A stretch of DNA of 63,820 nucleotides, the filler included, from Bigelowiella natans CCMP2755 (taxonomy: Eukaryota; Protista; Cercozoa): assembly GCA_000320545.1 (NCBI GenBank). It is 6 parts of 6 records of this genome, joined end to end, with 100 filler letters (N's around TTAATTAATTAA, not from the genome) between each part and the next. Parts side by side here need not be neighbours in the genome. Positions count along the whole stretch, not along the records: positions 1 to 28,376 come from ADNK01000298.1; 5 more parts are not named here. The stretch is one strand, 5' to 3'. Both the position numbers and the translations under genes were made by a program. Shown piece by piece: positions 12,060-24,707 of this stretch (position 1 is the first letter of the stretch; the number at the start of each line of letters is the position of its first letter). Under the pieces are notes generated by a model. The model was not told where the DNA came from. It did not search any database and saw only the letters and a program-made list of their open reading frames with translations.

Positions 12060-13380
12060 TTTTGTGCAAATCTAGCATCGCAAACATTGAACAATTGTGT
12101 AGGCTCGAATGCTGCCGCTCAATTTGTTCATGTTTCGCAACTTGACATGTTCAACAGGCGTCAATGCGATCGTTGTGTGCAAGAGCATTGCGTGCAGACG
12201 TGCACATGATGGCCATTCCAGCGTTGCAGACTGCAGATGGGAATGCAGCCATGAGGTTGAAGAGCACTGCTAGACTGAGAATTGTAGTTGTCAAAGACAA
12301 ATCTTTCACCTCATTGTTTGTTGCCTTGAACAACGCAGCGCCGAACTTCCTCCAGCTAGCCAGGCTAGCAGGCTAGCAGGTGTGCAAGATCGAAGCATCA
12401 GCTGGTCAGTTGCCATGCCAGCATGACACCACCATCACTGGATCAAACGTGGGGAGAAGAAGGGAAATTGACGCTGTCACGTCTGGGAGGAAATGGAGCG
12501 TGGTCAGGGACACAACAGAATCATCAAAAGGCCTCACTTGCACCTTTCTAGCTTTCCTCGATGTGCAAAATGACATCACACGTGCGATTGATCGTCGATG
12601 GACCAATTCTGGAATTGATTGTTTCGTGTTCCTTTCGATGTCACAACAACGAGTCGGCTAGTCAAACGTCCAGCTAGCTCTGGAGCAGGAAGAAAAAGCA
12701 CGCGCGTGAGTGAAAGGGTGAAGTGAACAGCAAAGAACACAGTGCACGTCATTGGACAGTCCAGAACTTTGCAACAATCTGGCAATCCATTGTGAGGGGA
12801 GATTGGATGTCCACGAACAGCAGGAACAAACACTGGAAAGAGCACGCCATGATTCAAGATTGAATGCATGGATGAATGAACAAATTCCATTGAAGCGGTT
12901 GAAGAAGAAGACGAAGAAGAAGACGAAGAAGAAGAAGAGGAAGGATCATTTCCGTGAGGGTTTTGTGATGGCACCAATTTTTCAAATTGTTATCGGATGA
13001 GCAGATAACTTCCTTCTTATGTCGTATTCCTGAAAAGCAGGCCAAAGTGTAAACTGAGTAGCCTGGTCCTGGAAGACAGCACTAAATGCACAAAATGCGC
13101 TAAAATCACAGGGCGTTCAGTGCCAGAAAGATGTCACGAATCTCTGCCTTTCGAGGCCAACAAAAAACGAGCGACCTCTCAAATCTATGTGAACTCGGTG
13201 ATTGGCTTCATGGCGGCTTGACTGAGGCTTTGTCGCTGCCTCCAAATCGCACATTTGTAGGGTGATTGCAGCAGCAATGGCGGTCTCGGGCGGATTGGTG
13301 AGATGTGCATGCCAACCTAAGAGTTGTGCAACTGTGAAAATCCGGCGTTCTAATGTTTATTCATGACTGTCATCTCGGAA
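12060..13380. repeat. TpA-depleted island C; decayed unidentified coding or mobile sequence
   Basis: 12121-12990 contains only 9 TpA (8 CTAG, 1 GTAG). All seven listed ORFs over 12151-13045 lack Tyr. Confidence 0.85.
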
Positions 13381-13566
13381 AATATCTTGTTACTTGTTAC
13401 AACGCCCTTCACATCGCGCCTTAGTGATCTGTTGGTATTCTAACCCATAGATGCTTATTTGATAGAGAGCCCAGTTGCTGAAGTACCGTGGGAGAACTCG
13501 CTTTAATGATAGGTGGGGAAAAATCATGATAAAAAGAAATCACTTCTATAATTGAGTTTAATCGCA

Positions 13567-16500
13567 ATGAATATGGGGACATATTTACATCCTAATGTCG
13601 TAACGAATTGGTCATGGCTAACTTTTGCATCTCTTTCGTGTCATAGCGGGAATGCAAATCACAATGACTTTGATATGTCTTACATCACGAAGTCTATCAT
13701 TGCTATGGGATTTCCAGCAGCGAAGGGGTAATTGGATGAACAAAGTATTTGCGACGCAGATTGACCAGGGGTGTTTTGATATTCGTCTCAGCACCAATAC
13801 AGCGATAATGAATCCGAGGGAAAAGGTAGCACTTTCATGCGACGGCGCTTCTCAAGCATGTTTACAATATGTATCTCTAGGTTGCTGACTTTCTGGAAAG
13901 GCGTCACAAGAATCATTACAAAGTTATCAACTGTAAGAAATTTTATTTTTCCCGCTTGCAGAAAGTTCGTTTATTGAGTTCAATTTTATGAAATGATAGT
14001 GTGTAGTGAAAAGCAGTACCAATATGACGATAGTGAATTCAATGGTAACGTTCTACGCTTTCCACACCCTCCCGAAAGTCCTTGTCCACTTCTTCTCCTT
14101 GCTGATTTCTGTCTTGAAAGTGAGGCCTACCTTAAGGTAAGAATAACGATCAGTGTGCAAAAGCTGTAGATGCTAAATATAATTCCTCGTTAAGCTGAAG
14201 AAAGGAAACGTCTTAGTTGTTCATTGCGATAATGGTAAAGGACGTACAGGTAGTTGCCATATCCCTCACACATATAGCCTTTACATAATATTTTCTAATT
14301 AAAAATAGGATTTATGATAAGTTGTCTCCTACTACACCTTGGAATTGATCGGACTTCAAAGCAGGCTATTTCACACTTTACATCTAAAAGGTATTTTAGC
14401 AGAATTTCACTCAGAACTCGGAATGAAGGAAAGTTATTTATTTTTAGGTGCTTTGAAATTACTGTGTTAAATCAACCTAGTCAAAGACGCTACATAGAGT
14501 ATGTTTCAGCTAAATTGGATAAATGATATTATGTTAAGACGAAAATTTTTGCAAGATATTGGGAGGCAATTACTCGTGCTGGTCGATTAATATTGAAGGT
14601 ATATTGTGTATGTCCCACAAACTGTAATATATTTTTATGATGAATTTTACTATCTTACCAGAGTCCCCTAGGAGTCACACTTCGCAGTACCCTATTGCAG
14701 AATTATACTCTGTATCATGTCACGGTATAAGTTGTGCACAAAACACACACAATATTTTGTATAAAGGGAATTTTATATTGACATTTTAGGTGACATCAAG
14801 GCCATTTGGTATGTCATTGGCTCCATCATCAGTAAGGGTTGATAAGGTCAAGGTTTGAATTTCTTAATATACGCTAGACTGTCTTAAATAGTCTCTGAAA
14901 ATGATGTTTAGGTAGAAGGACATGCTCAAGCAGCTGGAATTAAAAAAGGTGCCTTTCTATGAAGCTAAACCCCTTCACCCAATGATACCTATTGCTAACA
15001 GGGGACCTGTTGGTCGCCATCGGAAGTATGAATATTACTGCGTCTACCTGGCTAGATATATATGAATATGCCAAGCCTCCATTCAAGGTTGAAAAGAGTC
15101 TTAAGAATATAGCCAATTAGTAATATATCAAGACAGTAACAATCACTGAACTTCCTCAGATAAGTTTAAGACGGAAGCGAAAGAGGCGTAATCATCAAAA
15201 TAGAATGGAAAATCATACTCTTCCTCACCCGAACAACAACGGAGTTCATAAAGACTCTCTACGAGGCCAAAACCGACCCAAACCAAAACCAGTTCGAGCG
15301 GGATCGGTTTTGGTACGCTCAGCGTCAAAGGATCCTGCGGAAAAATCTGGTCCTTTTTCATGGCTTACTAATGGAAGACCGAAAACACCTCCAGCACGTG
15401 AAAAAAGCTCTAAACAAAGCACCAGCATGCTGGACATTAAATCTTATTTCAACTCTGCCATGAAGAATAAGAAAAAGGCAAATACTGAACAAGTTGGAAT
15501 ACCAAAGGATTCAAAACGTACCTAATTTATGATAAGCTTGTTTCAATATTCGTATAACCTCTAACAAATGTACAGTTTCTGTTCGCGAGGCGGAAAAAGA
15601 GTGGAATGAATTTGAACTCACGGAGGAATTGCTATTTGGTTTTAAGGAAGCCAAAATTGAGCATGACAAAGCTTTCCCGCAAAGGTGATAGAACAGAGCC
15701 TGAAATACTTCCTATCCCGTAACCTAGACTTTCTAACACAGCATTAGGGAATCTTTGCTCAGTGTAGTTTATTTACAAATCCCTGAACCAGAGGTGCAGA
15801 TCATATCTTCTTGCCTTGAAGTAGAACTGACAATCCTATCACTAGGTACCTGCTCTCCAGCCTCAGATATCAGAGAAGATTTCTTCGCGCAGGAGGTCCA
15901 TCGTATCAGCGGAAGGTTAATCTTCTTGTATCCATGAGATTCCAAAATCAGGAATCTGATGATGAGAGATTTATGTAGATGAATGGGCTTTGACATATGC
16001 TGCACTTGAAGAACTTAATGGACTGAGCAGTTTCAATCCTGGAGCAAACGACAGTTTACACCAGATTGCTCCAGGAGCAAACACTAGTCCCTGGTCTTTC
16101 GACTTCGGGCCAAGTGAGTATCTGTTGATCAAAGTCTAAATAGTAATGACACATTCACATTTCGACAGGTATGCAAAATGCTAAGGTTACATTCGATACG
16201 TCGGATTTTGACGGATTTGACGCAGAGAGTGACACGGACAGCCTGGGCTTTGATCATGGAGACCTGGATAACCTGGACGACCTAGATCTGGGAGACGAAG
16301 ATGACGGTGTCAACAATGATAGTGAAAATCATACAAGGGAATCCAAAGTCTCTCAGGACGATTCGACTAACGGTATTGATCTTCCCATTCCAATTGATGG
16401 AAATGATTTGGACAAAAGTAATACAGTTCAAGGCAATGTTTCGCGTGCATTACACAAATTAAATAACTCGTCATTGCGTCAAGCGACACTATCAGATTCA

Positions 16501-19500
16501 ACTTTCGCAGGATTAGCAACAAATATGTTACTACATGATTTGAAACCTTCAAATGAGTCTTTGCGCAAAGGCAATAATGTCTCTGCCCAGGATTCTCAAA
16601 CACCGAGTTTTGGGTCGACGCAGATGACTGGCACATTTCATGAAACTTCGTTTTTGGAGAAGACACAACAATTTAAGGTTCCATTGAATAAAAATATTGG
16701 ATCTATTGAGGAAGTTACAGAGGAACCAAACTCATCAACCATTGGCGATATGAAAAAGATAACAACAATGATGAAAACAGAGAGCGACTCTCATAATCAA
16801 TCCAAGAAGCCAGGTCAGCATCCTTGAAGGCTCGAATGCCCAAGAGTTCAACAATAGTTTTGTCAATTTTCAACAGAAAACGCGAAGAGAACAACCTCCA
16901 AAGACAAATTGGCAAGAAGTAGAGAAGTAGATCATTTCACCGCATATTGCTCTGATGATGCTGATTCTTCCTGCAGGCATTAGATCGTCTTCGATATGGT
17001 TACCTGATGAAAGGATCGGTGGATTAAAGCTCACCTCTATCATGCTTCAAAATGTCCGATACCTTATGCCGTTTGTTCCAACTCTTCAAAATATAAGATA
17101 ACGAACTAAACAAAATGGACAATTTTGAAGGTGAAAAAAGGATTCAGTACTATAACGATTCATCTGTTCGTCGGGTAATAGTAATGCGGAATCGGATTTG
17201 AATATAGCAACATTCATTTGGATGGATGTGTTAGATGTGTCCAAATTCTCTCGCGTAAGGCCGTGGTGTCTGAAAGGGGAAATTTTGTTGTTCCTGTAGG
17301 TGTTCACGTTACGGGTATGTGATACACTGATTACTTACTTTATTATTATGTGAAGTTTTTCCCCTTGGAATCAGGTGATGTAGCCATCGTTGGTAGTGTA
17401 GCCGCACCCAAGAAAGGTATCTCATTCGAAGCATGGTTACTACAATATATATTGTGTATGGTAATGATACCCGTGGTTTCTATTCCTCACATTCCTCTTA
17501 CGTATAAAAGTGTCGCCGAGTGCTCCAATTTCACTTTCATCAACAGCACCCAGCAGGTTTTAGTTGATATATTAACACCGAATCTGAACGCTTATCTCAT
17601 TTTTATCCATTACTCAGATCCCTTTCGTCTTTAATATCTGGAAGTGCAGGAAGTGCTACCTCCCCAACATCGCGAAAACGCATGCCTCTCTTCCGATTTT
17701 GGTTTCATTCCGCTCTTGTAGACAGAATGAAGTTAGGTGACATATTGATTCTATTGCTTACGTATATTCCCAATGAAAAACCACGGAAATGTCTCCTACG
17801 TAGTACTTAGAGGCGATGAGGTCGATCTTGGCGTCGATTCCACCACTGGTCTTGGCCAAAGGCAGCGCTTCGCGAAGGGGGCTCGGCAAGTATTTACTTC
17901 AAAGACAAGGATGACTTTATCCTTTTCATTGACAAACTCTGGAGCAACTCGCATGCGACAAAATAAAGGAAGCACACATAGTGGTGTAATGGCTAGAGTC
18001 TTTCGTCGCGACGTGAAGATGAAATTATATGCGCGAGTAGATATAAAATTGCGTGCAAATGCAATTAAGAGGAAAATGAATATTCATGTCGGAGGTTACG
18101 TGAATGCCAACACTAGTGGAGGGGACCTAGATGGTGGTGTTCTTGGAGTCCGTATTCGTTCTCATGGGGAAAGGAAAGGCGGTATATTGGGATCCTACAG
18201 CAAGCAGCATCCGGGTGTCAGCGAAGATGAGAAAAATGATAGAAAACCGCATCACTTCATCACAAAAGTAACTGCAGAGGCAGAAACTATAATACCAGTG
18301 CCATTCACATCTCCTTTCTCTAACCGTAATGGTATTGATCGCAAAGGAAGCGCGATCGTGAAAAGCTCAAGCAAAGTAGTCAAGCTTGGTTCTCCAGATT
18401 CAGAAACTCTCCTAAATCGAGATGTAGCTTTGAAGAGACCTAGCTATTGGATACTGCGATCCAGGAATAAACTTAAGAAAAAGGGTTCCGGGGGCTCTGT
18501 GCATAAGGGTAGCAAAAAAGGTTTTGGCTACAAAAGGGGCAGCACAAGCAGCCTGAGCAACAAGGGATCCTCGAAAAAATATAGCAATGCCATGTATACA
18601 ATCCTCGTGGTTACCGAGAGACGGGTGTGGCGAGTACGAAAAAGCCTCAATGCATTTGTGGAGCTCTACACACGACTTATTCGGACTTATCCGGAGCATT
18701 TCGAAAAGGAGATTCCAAATAAAGAGCGCAAAATTCCTAGTGAACATGGTGAACTCTATATAACATAAATATGTTGATAATGCCTATGATGCAATTTTTT
18801 TACACGCTCAATTCTCAGGTGACCCGAAGCCATCCTTTATCAGGACTTTACTTACATTAGGGATTCAAAGAGCAAACAGTGAAAATTCAACTAAGCAGCG
18901 CCTTAAAACCCTTACAGAATTTCTTACAAAAGTAGTAGTTTCCCTCAAGTTGAAGGAGGGAATAGCCTTTCTGCGGGATCCACAGGTTTCATCACATCTG
19001 AAAAACAAATCATCTTCTCAAAGTGGAGATATAAAGAAAGACCAAAAACATGAAAATAGTGAGTCGCATCAACCAGAAAAATCTAACAATCTGCGGAGAC
19101 ATTCGGAGATGAAATTCTCAGAAAAAGTGCGAAGAAGAGCTAGCGTGCTCGGAGAGATTGAGCTTTCAGGGTCAAAGTGTCGCTACCGCTCTTGCACAAA
19201 TCCTTGTAAGGTATTTCTCAATTATTGTACCGTCCACTTCGAGGAACTCTATGGAGTTGATCCGGAATGGATGTCTGAGAGCTGGGAGCGCGATGATCCA
19301 AGTCTAATGGCCTCCCTCCGAGGCAGTCATTTCAAAACAAACAATCACATGCAAGAGCTTATGAGTATTCAGATTGGGATCATGGATATGTCAGAAAATG
19401 TTCATGGGGCTTCAGGGGTGTGCCAGTACTTACTTAGATGCTTGGTCTCCAAGAGGGAGTATAAAAACTGGTCTCAGCATTTGCAAATGGCTGTAGACTG

Positions 19501-22167
19501 GGATTCAAAGGTTCCATTGCTACAGCTCATGCTTCAGTGCATTCGTATGCGCGCACGTCATCAGCACCCATGCGGCTGTTCGAAATCAGGGGTTATATGT
19601 AAGAACTTCAAACTAAAACTAGCTCTTGTTTCGCGCATGATGCATGTGTTTGATAATTGCTTGAGCTCGAAAGTGGACTACTCGCGATGCCTTGCATTGA
19701 GAATGCATTGGGCTCTTCTCAAAGGGGCATCAAGACTCCCAACATGTCGCCGATTTCGAAGTCTTAATCTTAAAAATTATATTGCCTCATTCGGCTATCG
19801 GACTCTAGAAATGGCAGCTCAGTCACCGTCTACCAAGCAATTTGTTGAGAGTATGTTTGAGTGCATCTTAGAAAGCAACCCGGTAATTGAGCATTACTGA
19901 TCTAAACAAACAATCACTTAACGTTAACAAGTCACGCTGAATACTGTCTACAGGGTTCCCAAACAAGTGTCCTAACTTCTCCAGGCTTCATTCCATTGTT
20001 GCTACGCTCTGTGCGAGGGGGGCCTGTGACATTGCAAAAAACTGTTATTTCTCGACTTCTAAACTCTGTTATGGAAGACCATGATCCAAATACCAACTTA
20101 AACAGTCCCAGGATCTTTGGAATTTCTCTCGCCGGGCTCGAAAATGCATTCCGTCTGTCCAGAATATCAGGATTTTCGTACCACCTAGCCGCGCTGGCGA
20201 AAACGTTGTTCCCTCAAAACGGGACGAGCTTTCACAAAATTCCCAAAGATATCAAAGAAGCTGTGGGATCTCTGCGAAAACTAATCGCAGGAATTCTAAC
20301 AGCTGGGTTCGGTCGATTCCGCTTGAGGAATTTCGTGGGGGAAATTTGGCTCTGGATCTCTGCTCACTGCGGCTGGGGAAAGCGAATACGCTTGTTCGTC
20401 AAAACTGTTGTCACAAAATATCTGGAGAATTGTCTCTCATTATTATCAGGATCTTCGCCATTTCACACAGCCTTCACTGCTGGATCTCCCATCAAAAATA
20501 AAGTTTATCAAGGTTTAATTCTCATTATAATATTACAAATAAATACAATGTTTCAATATTCTCTCGATTGTGATCGATAGGTAGCCCTCCAATAAAGTAT
20601 GCTTCACCGACTAGTAGTCTCGCTCTTAAAAATGTTCGCTTGAGTACTCCCGTCGAGAAGAAAGGGGGGAAATCTTTGTCGGCTCGGAGCTCAAGCATTT
20701 CCTCCAGTGCGCCAAAAAAGGCAGCGCTTCCGCTCGGATTTTCTAAACCATTTCCGAAAATCGATGTTCAGCAGAATCTAACTCTCATCAAGAGCGGAAA
20801 GGTCAAATTTATAGCATCTCCGGTCATTATACTGGTTTTTCTAATGCCAGTTATCTTCAGGATGGCGAGTTGGTTCGGCGTGAGGAATCTATACTAGAAG
20901 CAGTAGCCATTGCGTTTGATCTGGTAATCAGTTTATCCTCCCAAATCGTATCAATGATTGCATCTTCTAACTTTTGACAATGTCTTCACAGATTCTTTTC
21001 CGGGGAGCTGACAGCAGCAACGATGACATTCTTTTATCGCCCTCCTACGCGAATCTATCGCTGAGCAGGAACAGGGACGAATCCAAATCATCAGGCCCAG
21101 GCCACAGATCGCCTCGTCGCCGCTCTAAAAAGAAAGCTGGAGCTCAACAACGAGGACGTTCTCGCACTAAGAAGGCTTCCCCTAGTATTAGCCAGCAAAG
21201 CGATGCGAGCAGCTACTCAGATTCGAAGGGATTGCCACTCCTCGACTCTCTAGCTCATACGGCTGATTTATCATCTGCACTTCCTATCGGGCGTAGACTT
21301 GCCAGCAAAACCAAGCGAAAAGCGGTTTCAGCGACTAGGAACTCGTCCAAAAGTTGCTACGATGCAGATCCTGATGACGTAATGGCACAACGTGAGAGTG
21401 CGGATGCAGTATTATCCCAGCCAAAGCATACTCGAAGCCTCTCTGATACGTAAGATGGCTAATTTTGTTCCTCTCGCCTCCATTTCATCAGATTTACGTT
21501 GCAGGCATGACCATAGGGAGAAAGTTGAAGGTGGAAGCATCTATGGGAGAAAGGCCAGTGTATGATCATAGTTTGAATCCATTCGATGATAGACCTTTTG
21601 AAATTCTCTTCTGAGGAAATTAACCGTAGATTGGACTTGGAGTTCCGAGCGATGATGAAAGCGGAATCGTCGCAGCGCACAGCGGTAGTATCTTTGCTCC
21701 TGATTTGATTCTTCATCTGAGCACATGTACCCTAGGCTTTACAGACTCGGTTATCCACCTTTTCAAACGTGAAGCATGTGTAGACCCTGGCGCTATCGCC
21801 CCTGATTCGCGTAAGAAATTATGAACAATAGAGCGAAATATCATCTGTAAAAGATTTTGAAACGTCAGGGTTGCTCGGGCTTGTAAAGGATCTCATAAAC
21901 AGGGTATTCCATTTGTAAAGGAAATACCATATAAATACCCTGATTCGATGGTTGTGCTACGACAGGGAATCGAGGAACTCGAGGAGACGTACTTCACATA
22001 TTTTGTTATTTGGAGTAAGTAATGCAAGATCTCGTACATTTTAATACAGAAGAGAAACAAAGGACGCTAAGTACGATGATGAAACTCGGAAACAAAGGGA
22101 GAAAATGAGCAGCTTGTTCAAAAACATTATTCAACTTGCAAACGAGCTGCAACAGCTGTCAAAAAAG

Positions 22168-22203
<36 letters not shown>

Positions 22204-24070
22204 GATTAAACTATTTAGTGTGCATCATCGATTATTAATAGAAATGCTTTGCTTTACATATATTCTATAGAGTAGACCATAGAGGATATCAAAAGGCAGT
22301 GCAGAAGATCATTCGACGAAGTATTCAAATTATTTATTACCGTCTGTGAAAGGGATCAAAACCAAAACTGCTTAGGTAAAGCTCGAGGGACTCTGCGGGG
22401 CTTAGAAGTTATTTTGAAACTCGGTACAATCTACGTGGACAATTAAGCATTGAAATAGCACTGACAGGCTCTTTTCAGGGCCATATACGGAAGATATTAG
22501 CATAATCCAAGGTGGACAGACTCATTTTAATTAGGTTCCCATGATGATTACCATTTTTCCCCGACTGATATTCGTAGGGATAGTTGAGAGAATCAAAACC
22601 TTCAAAAAGTCGTCGTTGCACTGCCAGACTGATAGATACTTCATTCGAATAACGGTTAGAAATTAGACAATTGAGCCCAGTTCTGTAAAAATTTAGCTCT
22701 ACATCCTCTATTTAACAGCGGGATTTTGTTTTGGAGGTCAATCGTGGCGTCGCATCTTCGAAGGTTTACCAATCGCAAACGCACTAGACATACAATGAAC
22801 AGAATAAATCTCCCCTTCAGATCAGAACCGAGATAAGAAAATGCCACGTAGATATCTTCGATCCCATTTCACCATTTGCCAATGCTCCACCGCAAGTATC
22901 CTCCACGGTTATGTCGAAACTAAGGTCTATTTCTATGAAATACATTAGTGTGCCTTAAGAAGCACGCCTGAGGTATGATGTTCTTTCCTAGAGATGGAAT
23001 TATCAACCCGGAGGGCCGGCGAGTTTACGGCTTCAAAGTAACAACAGACACTGAAGTGTTTGTTTTTGCTGTGACATCAAAACGCGAGCGCGATCTCTGG
23101 ATAAAAGAACTAGAGCTGGCAATGGAATTCTCGAGAACACAGGTTAGAAATTGACTCTACATTTCCATTTAATATACCCCCTTGGGCAATGCGTTTCGTT
23201 TAGGGAATCTTAATGTTCTACGGGCCCAATGCACCTACACGTTGCAATGATACAACGATAACTTCAACAAGCCTAAAGAAGAGATCTGGAACCGTATCAG
23301 ACCCTCTTCGTACTTCAGAGATGCTATCATTGCTTGATCCGCGGAAGGGCTTTCCATACCCTTTAGTAGAAAAGTGCCAGGAATGTCGAAGTTCCTTTAC
23401 CCTCTTCAGCACTCGTATACAATGCGAACACTGCGGAAGAGAGTTTTGCAGGTAGGATGCCAGACGAAACTTTAGATCAAAGCATCAGGAATTTCTATTT
23501 GTTTTAAATCTTGTAAGAATGCCCATGGTATAATAAACAGAAAATGCTGTCAAGACCGATATGAAAGCTTGAGGGAAGAGTTGGAACAAAGCAGGAAGGT
23601 TGTAGACTCTATGGCAGCGTCTGAGCTTGAATCTGAGTGTGATAGTGCTTGTGGGGAGTCTCCGATAAGAATATTAAGCAGTGAGCAGTCTGCTTCAAGC
23701 ACGAAAGATCAACAGGAAAAGTTGAATATCTGCACGGAATGTCTTCTTAAGATACAGGTTTCTTGATCCTTAAAATCAAAATAAGTTGCATCTTATTGAA
23801 TGAAAATTGTAGGACCGAATTGCAAGCAATTGCAAAGAATTTGCATCTCTGATGGCAGTGGCTCCAGGTGAAGATTCACAAGATGAAGACGAAGAACGAC
23901 CTATAGTAAAGCGCACAAAATCAAATACAACTGTAAGCGCCTCCAACACATTGCTACGTTCGGAAATGAATTCTTTAGAAGCAGAAGCTATTAAAGAAGG
24001 GAAGGAAAGTGTCAATATATGCGGTGATTCTGACCACAAAAGCGATATTGTTAAATATGAACATGCTTAA
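13567..24070 (+). CDS. Large multidomain phosphoinositide protein: PTEN-type phosphatase, interrupted PTEN-C2, PX, long unassigned region, PH, FYVE-like zinc finger; many short introns
   Basis: PTEN motifs DFDMSYITKSIIAMGFPA, FLERRHKNHYKVINLCSE, VHCDNGKGRTG, NQPSQRRYIEY. C2 motifs GDVAIV and LFRFWFHSA (~17380-17730). PX-like YTILVV...WRVRKSLNAFVELYTRL (~18590-18700). PH C-terminus FVFAVTSKRERDLWIKEL (~23060-23120). FYVE-like CQECRSSFTLF...CEHCGREFCRKCC...ICTEC. Confidence 0.8.
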
Positions 24071-24099
24071 TGTAAGCGAGGCTATTGTAATTGACAGTA

Positions 24100-24600
24100 A
24101 CACATGACACATGACTATGAATTCTTGCAAAGTCATATTTAATGTGTTCTTACATGAGAGGTTTTGCGCACAGCTGCTGTGCTAACATTGTCGTGATGAC
24201 AAATTTGCTATGGATATTTTCAATGACATTGGTGACGATGCATGCTAGCATGGGTGGAGAGTGGTTCAAAGATCTAGAGATCTACTAGATCTAGCTAGCT
24301 AGAGATGTGGAATAAGGGGCGGAGTTATCGTGCTGTTGCAGACAGAACAGATTGATTGCTAGATTGCACGAAGTTCATGTTGGCCAAAACTAGAAAAAGG
24401 GGCTTAGGCAAAGAGAACTGTGCGTGCACGCATTCTAGCATTGCTAATGCAGAACAGCGGTATTTCACGACTACACTCTAGACACTGCTAGATCTCTTAC
24501 TAAACCTCTGCTCCTCTATGATAGGATGTGTATGCACATTAGATGTATGTGCATCTAAAATCTGCGTTTTGCATCGTGATGTAAGAAATAAAAGCATTCT
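24100..24600. repeat. TpA-depleted, CTAG-rich island D
   Basis: Dense CTAG cluster (gatctagagatctactagatctagctagctagag, 24271-24305); most TpA in CTA or TAG context. Confidence 0.65.
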
Positions 24601-24707
24601 TATTTTATGGCACATTACGCCTGCACGTGGAATAATTGGATTTAGCAAGAGGTTCGCAAACAGTACTAGAGTACATTGATAGATCCATTGAAGGCGATGT
24701 TAATAGT

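Noticed and set aside
12121-12990. 5mC deamination or classical RIP as the cause of the CA/TG excess
   Set aside because: CpG is retained and TpA is the missing dinucleotide, whereas RIP would raise TpA and CpG decay would not remove it.
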